Of a DNA stretch of 64,000 nt, positions 59,395-64,000 are shown one piece after another; positions within the stretch are counted from its first letter, which is position 1, and every line of letters begins with the position of its first letter. The notes beneath the pieces were generated by a model, which worked only from the letters and a program-made list of their open reading frames with translations, had not been told where the DNA came from and made no database searches. The stretch comes from an uncultured Acidimicrobiaceae bacterium. GTDB taxonomy: Bacteria > Actinomycetota > Acidimicrobiia > Acidimicrobiales > RAAP-2. The position numbers were made by a program, and so were the translations under genes. The DNA is taken from NCBI GenBank assembly GCA_963821105.1, contig CAWGCO010000015.1, positions 5,571 to 69,570 of the forward strand, written 5' to 3'.

Positions 59395-60575
59395 CAGCGG
59401 GCCTTGGGCAGGCCGAGGATCCGCTCGGCCACGATGTTCCGCTGCACCTGCGACGTCCCGGCCGCGATGGTCAGCGAGATCGACTTGAACCACGCGTGCA
59501 GCTGCTCGGCGTTGCCCAGCGCGGCCCCGTCGGGCCCGTCGAGCGGGTCCGCGCACAGCGCCGCCCGGTCGAGCACCTCGACGGCGAGGTCGCCGAGCGC
59601 CTGGGCGTGCTCGGAGAAGGACAGCTTGAACACCGAGCCCCCGATGCCGGGGATGCCCGTCTGCGCCGCCTCCGAGACGTTGCGCTTGGTGAGCGCCCAC
59701 AGGGCGTCGAACGCGGCGACCAGGTGCCCGATCCGCCGCACCAGCCCGTCGTCGCCCAACAGGCCGAGCCGGTTCGCCACGGCGCGCACCTCGCCGAGCA
59801 GCCGCATCGACTCGAGGAGCTCCCCGACGAAGGCGGTCCCGCGCTCGAACGACAGCGTGACCATCGTCACCCGCCACCCGTCGTTCTCCTCGCCGACCCG
59901 GTTCGCCACCGGGATGTGGACGTCGTTGAGGAACAGCTCGGCGAACTCGGTGCTGCCTTCGATCGTGCGGAGCGGCCGGATCTCGATCCCCGCCGCGTCC
60001 ATCGGCATGATCAGCCACGTGATGCCGCGGTTGCCTGCGTCGCCGGTCCGCACCAGCAGCTCGCAGTAGTCGGCCACCTCGGCGTGCGACGTCCAGATCT
60101 TCGAGCCGTTGACGACGTAGTCCTCCCCGTCGCGCACGGCGCGGGTGCGCAGCGACGCCAGGTCGCTCCCCGCGTCGGGCTCGCTGAAGCCCTGACACCA
60201 GACCTCCTCGCCGCGCAGGATGGGCGGGAGGTACCGCTCCTTCTGGGCGGCGCTGCCCTCGGCGATGATCGTCGGCCCGGCGTGCAGCAGGCCGACGAAG
60301 TTCACGCCGACGTACGGTGCGCCGGCCCGCTCGCACTCCTCCTTGAAGATCAGCTGCTCGACCGGCGACGACCCGCGCCCGCCGCCCTCGGCCGGCCAGT
60401 CGACGCCGGCGTAGCCCGCGTCGAACAGGAGGCGTTGCCAGCGCAGGTCGTAGGCCCGCCGCGCCGCCCAGTCGTCGTGCGGCGGCGGCGCGCCCACCGT
60501 CGGCAACGTGGCGGTCAGCCAGGCCCGCAGCTCGTTGCGGAAGCTCTGTTCGCCCGCGGTGTAGCGGAGGTCCAT
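59394..60575 (-). CDS. acyl-CoA dehydrogenase family protein (first subunit of an overlapping pair)
   Basis: WCQGFSEPDAGSDLASL...VNGSKIWTS...IAAGTSQVQRNIVAERILGLP. Intact 393-aa ORF. Confidence 0.9.
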   Translation of the reverse strand: MDLRYTAGEQSFRNELRAWLTATLPTVGAPPPHDDWAARRAYDLRWQRLLFDAGYAGVDWPAEGGGRGSSPVEQLIFKEECERAGAPYVGVNFVGLLHAGPTIIAEGSAAQKERYLPPILRGEEVWCQGFSEPDAGSDLASLRTRAVRDGEDYVVNGSKIWTSHAEVADYCELLVRTGDAGNRGITWLIMPMDAAGIEIRPLRTIEGSTEFAELFLNDVHIPVANRVGEENDGWRVTMVTLSFERGTAFVGELLESMRLLGEVRAVANRLGLLGDDGLVRRIGHLVAAFDALWALTKRNVSEAAQTGIPGIGGSVFKLSFSEHAQALGDLAVEVLDRAALCADPLDGPDGAALGNAEQLHAWFKSISLTIAAGTSQVQRNIVAERILGLPKAR

Positions 60576-60605
60576 CGGCGGCTCAGCCCCCCAACGCGGT
60601 CGGCG

Positions 60606-61815
60606 TCAGGCGACGAGGTCGAGGCCGAACAGCTTGATGGCGTTGCCGCGGACGATCTTGCGCCGCTGCTCGTCGGTGAGGTCGGCCATCTGCTCCTCGG
60701 CGATCTCGCGGGTGCGCGGCCAGGTGGAGTCCGAGTGCGGGTAGTCCGACTCGTACGTGATGTTGTCCTCGCCGATCTCGTCGACCGACTTCAGCCCGTG
60801 CGCGTCGTCGAAGAAGCACCCGTAGACGTGGTCGGGGAAGTAGCTGGACGGCTTCTCGGGCACGATGTCGGCCACGCCACCCCAGCCTCGGTTGTCCTCC
60901 CAGACACGGTCGGCCCGCTCGAGGATGTAGGGGATCCACCCGATCTGGCCCTCCGAGTACGCGACCTTCAGGTCCTCGAAGCGGACGAACACCCCGCTGA
61001 ACAGGAAGTCGACCAGGGAGAACGTCGCATTGGTGTGCGTCAGCGTCGAGCCCACGGCGGGCGGCGCGTCGGCCGAGGTCGACGGCATCTTCGACGACGA
61101 CCCGATGTGCATGTTGACCACGGTCTGCGTCTCGGCACACGCCTGGAAGAACGGGTCCCAGTAGTGGTCCGGGTCGTGCACGCTCGGGAGGCCGAGGAAC
61201 GGGGGGATCTCGCTGAAGCACACGGCCCGCACGCCCCGCTCGGCGTTGCGCCGCACCTCGGCCGCCGCCAGTTCGGCGTCCCAGAGCGGGATGAGGCACA
61301 GAGGGATGAGGCGGCCGTTCGTGTCGGCGCACCACTCCTCGACCATCCAGTCGTTGTACGCCTTCACGCAGAGCAGCCCGAGCTCCTTGTCCTTGGCCTC
61401 GGTGAACGTCTGGCCGCAGAAGCGGGGGAACGTCGGGAAGCACAGCGCCGCCTCGATGTGGTTGGCGTCCATGTCGTCGAGCCGGGGCTTCGACCTCGTA
61501 GGAGCCCGGCCGCATCTCCTCGTACATGACGCCCCGCATCGTCACCTCGTCGCGGGGCACCCCCACCGCCGAGTCCACCCGCAGCAGCGGGCGCTTGAGG
61601 TCCTCGTAGTACCACCAGTCCACCGGGGCGCCCTTGGAGCCCTCCTTGACCTTCAGCGAGCCGCCGCGGAACTCGACCTCGGGCATCGGCGCCCGCACGA
61701 TTCGCGGCCCGACCTCGAGATACTTCGACGGGAGGCGGTCCTGCCACACGTTGGGCGGTTCGACCACGTGGTCGTCGACCGAGACGATCATCGGCAGGGG
61801 CTCAGGCATGGGCAT
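60606..61815 (-). pseudogene. amidohydrolase family protein (amidohydrolase_2 / ACMSD-LigW-like), one frameshift
   Basis: The N-terminal MIVSVDDHVVEPPNVW is in the frame of 60583..61815. The remainder (288 aa, ...YESDYPHSDSTWP) is in ORF 60606..61472. The frame changes near 61480. Confidence 0.8.
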
Positions 61816-61883
61816 CGAGCGTAGCCCGGACCTGACGGGGCGTCAGAAACGCGACGGCGCTGTCTGTTCGCTGTCCGAGGCGC

Positions 61884-62609
61884 TCAGAACACCTCGGTGA
61901 ACAGGTCGAGCATCGCCTGCCACGAGCGCCGGTCCGTGGGCTCGTGGTACTCGATCCCCGGCAGGTCGAGGTTCGACGCCCGCGGGTTGGTGAACGAGTG
62001 CACCGCGCCCCCGTACACGATCATCTGCCAGTCCACGCCGCCGCCGGTCATCTCCTCTTCGAACGCCTTGCGCTGGGCGTTGTCCACGATCGGGTCGTCG
62101 GCGCCGATCATGACCAGCACCTTGCCGACGATGTTCTCCGCGTCGTTGGGCCGGGCCGTGGCCAGGCCGCAGTGGAAGCCGCAGACGGCCTTGAGGTCCG
62201 CGTCGCCGCGGGCCAGCTCGAGGGCCATGGTGCCCCCGAAGCAGTAGCCGATGGCCGCCAGCCGCTGCGGATCGGTGCGCGGCTCTTGGAGGAGGATCTC
62301 GAGACCCGCCATCCCGATGTCGCGGGTCCGCAACGGGTCGGCGTAGAACGCGCCGATGCGCGCCATCATCTCCTCCCGGTCCTCGATCGGCTTCCCCCCG
62401 CCCTGATAGTCCAACGCGAACGCCACGTACCCGAGCTCGTCCGCCAGCCGGACCGCCCGGCCCTTGGCGTGGTCGTCGAGCCCCGGCCCCTCGTGGCAGA
62501 CCAGCACCCCGGGTCGCTGCTCGTCCGCCGGGACCAGGTCGGGCACGGCGAGGAACCCGACCATCGTCCGATCGTCGGCTTCGTAGGAGATGTCGCGTGT
62601 ATTGGCCAT
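61884..62609 (-). CDS. dienelactone hydrolase family protein
   Basis: PGVLVCHEGPGL...IGYCFGG...VLVMIGADDP...GAVHSF. ATG at 62609 inside ORF 61884..63044. Confidence 0.85.
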   Translation of the reverse strand: MANTRDISYEADDRTMVGFLAVPDLVPADEQRPGVLVCHEGPGLDDHAKGRAVRLADELGYVAFALDYQGGGKPIEDREEMMARIGAFYADPLRTRDIGMAGLEILLQEPRTDPQRLAAIGYCFGGTMALELARGDADLKAVCGFHCGLATARPNDAENIVGKVLVMIGADDPIVDNAQRKAFEEEMTGGGVDWQMIVYGGAVHSFTNPRASNLDLPGIEYHEPTDRRSWQAMLDLFTEVF

Positions 62610-62651
62610 GGCCGCACCGTACATGGCGGCGGCTGACGCGATACTGAGCCG

Positions 62652-63818
62652 ATGAGGGGGGCACGCATCCGCCTTCTGCAATCGGGATTCACGTTCCGCG
62701 TCGCCGCCGCGCCCGCGGCGCTGCTCGTCGGCGCCCTGACGCTGTCCGCCTGCAGCAGCAGCCCGAGCCCGTCGACCGGCGCCACGACCACCACCCACGC
62801 CGGAGCGTCGTCGCACGCGTCCACCACGACGACCGCCGCCCCCACGTCCACGCTCCCGGCCGTCGCCACGTCGGGGCCGCTCACGCCCGGCGCCCCGATC
62901 GCGCTCCCGTTCGCCGCCGACCGCGTCACCGCGGCGGAGAGCCCCGACGGCGCCGTCTTCGCCGCGCCCCAGGACCCCACGAGCCCCGCCCCCGCCGTCG
63001 CCTGGGTGGTCGACGGCAACGGCCCCGCCGCCATCGCCGAGCACGTCCCGATCGGCATCGCGGCGCTGGCGGCCGACAGCACCAACTTCTACGCCGCGAC
63101 GTACTCGAACGTGTACGCGTACAACCGCACCAGCGGCAACCAGGACGGGCAGTGGAACATGCCGACCGTGAACGCGGCCAACAGCTCGGACGCGGACCTG
63201 GTCGCGCTCACCGCGGCCGCCGGCGACGTCTACGTCTCGGTGACGCAGGGCAACACCGTCAGCATCTATCGCCTCAATCCGAACTCCTCCGCCCGCCCGC
63301 GCCTCGTATTACGAGGTCTCGGCGACGCCATCGGCACCGACGGCACGATCTACTACGAGCGCACCGACCACCACCTGGCCGCCCTGCGCCCCAACGGCAG
63401 CACGACCGTCGGCCCCGCGCTGGCCGACGCGCCCAACGGCCTCGGCGGCGGCGTCCAGTACGTCGACGTGGTCGCGGCGGGCGCGGTCTGGGTCAGCGAG
63501 CCCGCCGGCCAGGGCCTCGATGCGACCTACACCACGTACGACGCTGCCACCCTCGCCAAGGCCGGCACGTACAGCGGCTCGGTCACGAGCACCGTGGTCG
63601 ACACGGCCGCCGGCCCGCTCGTGCTCGAGCCCGCCGGCAGCTCCTCCGCCTGCCCGTCCACCTCGACGCCCGTCTCCTGCGTCCAGCGCGTCACCGAGCA
63701 GGGCACGACGAGCGACCCCGTCGGCGTCGGCGCCGCCGTGACACTGATCGGCCCGGGCCCCGCCGTCATCGCCTCGGACACGACGACGGGCCAGTTCGAC
63801 CTGATCCGTCTGTCCTGA
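62652..63818 (+). CDS. putative lipoprotein of unknown function
   Basis: Lipobox LTLSAC, a Ser/Thr/Pro linker, then repetitive beta-rich sequence. Intact 388-aa ORF. Confidence 0.55.
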   Translation: MRGARIRLLQSGFTFRVAAAPAALLVGALTLSACSSSPSPSTGATTTTHAGASSHASTTTTAAPTSTLPAVATSGPLTPGAPIALPFAADRVTAAESPDGAVFAAPQDPTSPAPAVAWVVDGNGPAAIAEHVPIGIAALAADSTNFYAATYSNVYAYNRTSGNQDGQWNMPTVNAANSSDADLVALTAAAGDVYVSVTQGNTVSIYRLNPNSSARPRLVLRGLGDAIGTDGTIYYERTDHHLAALRPNGSTTVGPALADAPNGLGGGVQYVDVVAAGAVWVSEPAGQGLDATYTTYDAATLAKAGTYSGSVTSTVVDTAAGPLVLEPAGSSSACPSTSTPVSCVQRVTEQGTTSDPVGVGAAVTLIGPGPAVIASDTTTGQFDLIRLS

Positions 63819-63828
63819 CGACCGGCCT

Positions 63829-64000
63829 TTAGGACTCTTCCGCCTCGACCGCCGCCGCCGCCGTCGTCGCGTCCGCCTCGCGCCCCGCACCGAACAGGTA
63901 CGCGGTCGCCAAGCTTCGATACGGCCGCCACGCCTCCGCCCGCTCCCGCACCTCGTCGGGCGTCGGCAACGCGTCGAGCCCGTAGACCCGCTGGATCGCC
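63829..64000 (-). CDS. DNA-3-methyladenine glycosylase II (AlkA-like), C-terminal fragment cut by the window edge
   Basis: The minus-strand reading ...LPTPDEVRERAEAWRPYRSLATAYLF... ends at TAA 63829-63831. This fragment is not in the ORF track. Confidence 0.5.
   Translation of the reverse strand, partial: AIQRVYGLDALPTPDEVRERAEAWRPYRSLATAYLFGAGREADATTAAAAVEAEES

Noticed and set aside
57352-60069. A 905-aa plus-strand ORF (and 59496..61529, 677 aa)
   Set aside because: Both are antisense to the LLM oxidoreductase, ACAD and amidohydrolase genes, which have strong family motifs. The translations are low-complexity. They are shadow ORFs.

Overview
This window is high-G+C, actinobacterial-type chromosomal DNA (above 70% G+C by eye over most of it, not computed), densely coding on both strands.

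**Left end.** The first ~9.6 kb is visibly lower in G+C (~60% by eye). It encodes mostly orphan secreted and membrane proteins plus an ankyrin-repeat protein, and it ends at two decayed, overlapping tyrosine-recombinase genes (9.6-11.7 kb). This looks like the right end of an acquired island.

**Recognisable blocks:**
- An aa3-type cytochrome c oxidase operon, ctaC-ctaD-ctaF (24.4-27.6 kb), and tatA.
- A mycofactocin locus (40.4-48.7 kb): Zn alcohol dehydrogenase, mftD, a decayed mftF, divergent mftA-mftB-mftC-mftE, and an SDR. Its 39-aa precursor gene mftA is missing from the supplied ORF track.
- A KstR-like TetR regulator (37.9 kb).
- A lipid/steroid-type catabolic block (57.3-62.6 kb): LLM/F420-type oxidoreductase, an overlapping acyl-CoA dehydrogenase pair, an amidohydrolase and a dienelactone hydrolase.
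- Three class III nucleotidyl cyclases, two of them LipJ-like hydrolase-cyclase fusions.
- An FtsH-like AAA metalloprotease.

**Main global observation.** About a third of the recognisable genes can only be read by switching frame one to many times. Neighbouring genes up to 1.9 kb long are intact.

**Not found.** I recognised no rRNA, tRNA or CRISPR array by eye. I did not find a convincing, entirely novel multi-gene system. The items worth follow-up are listed as findings, each with its uncertainty.

**Limits.** All family assignments come from motif recognition and memory of the protein families, not from database searches.
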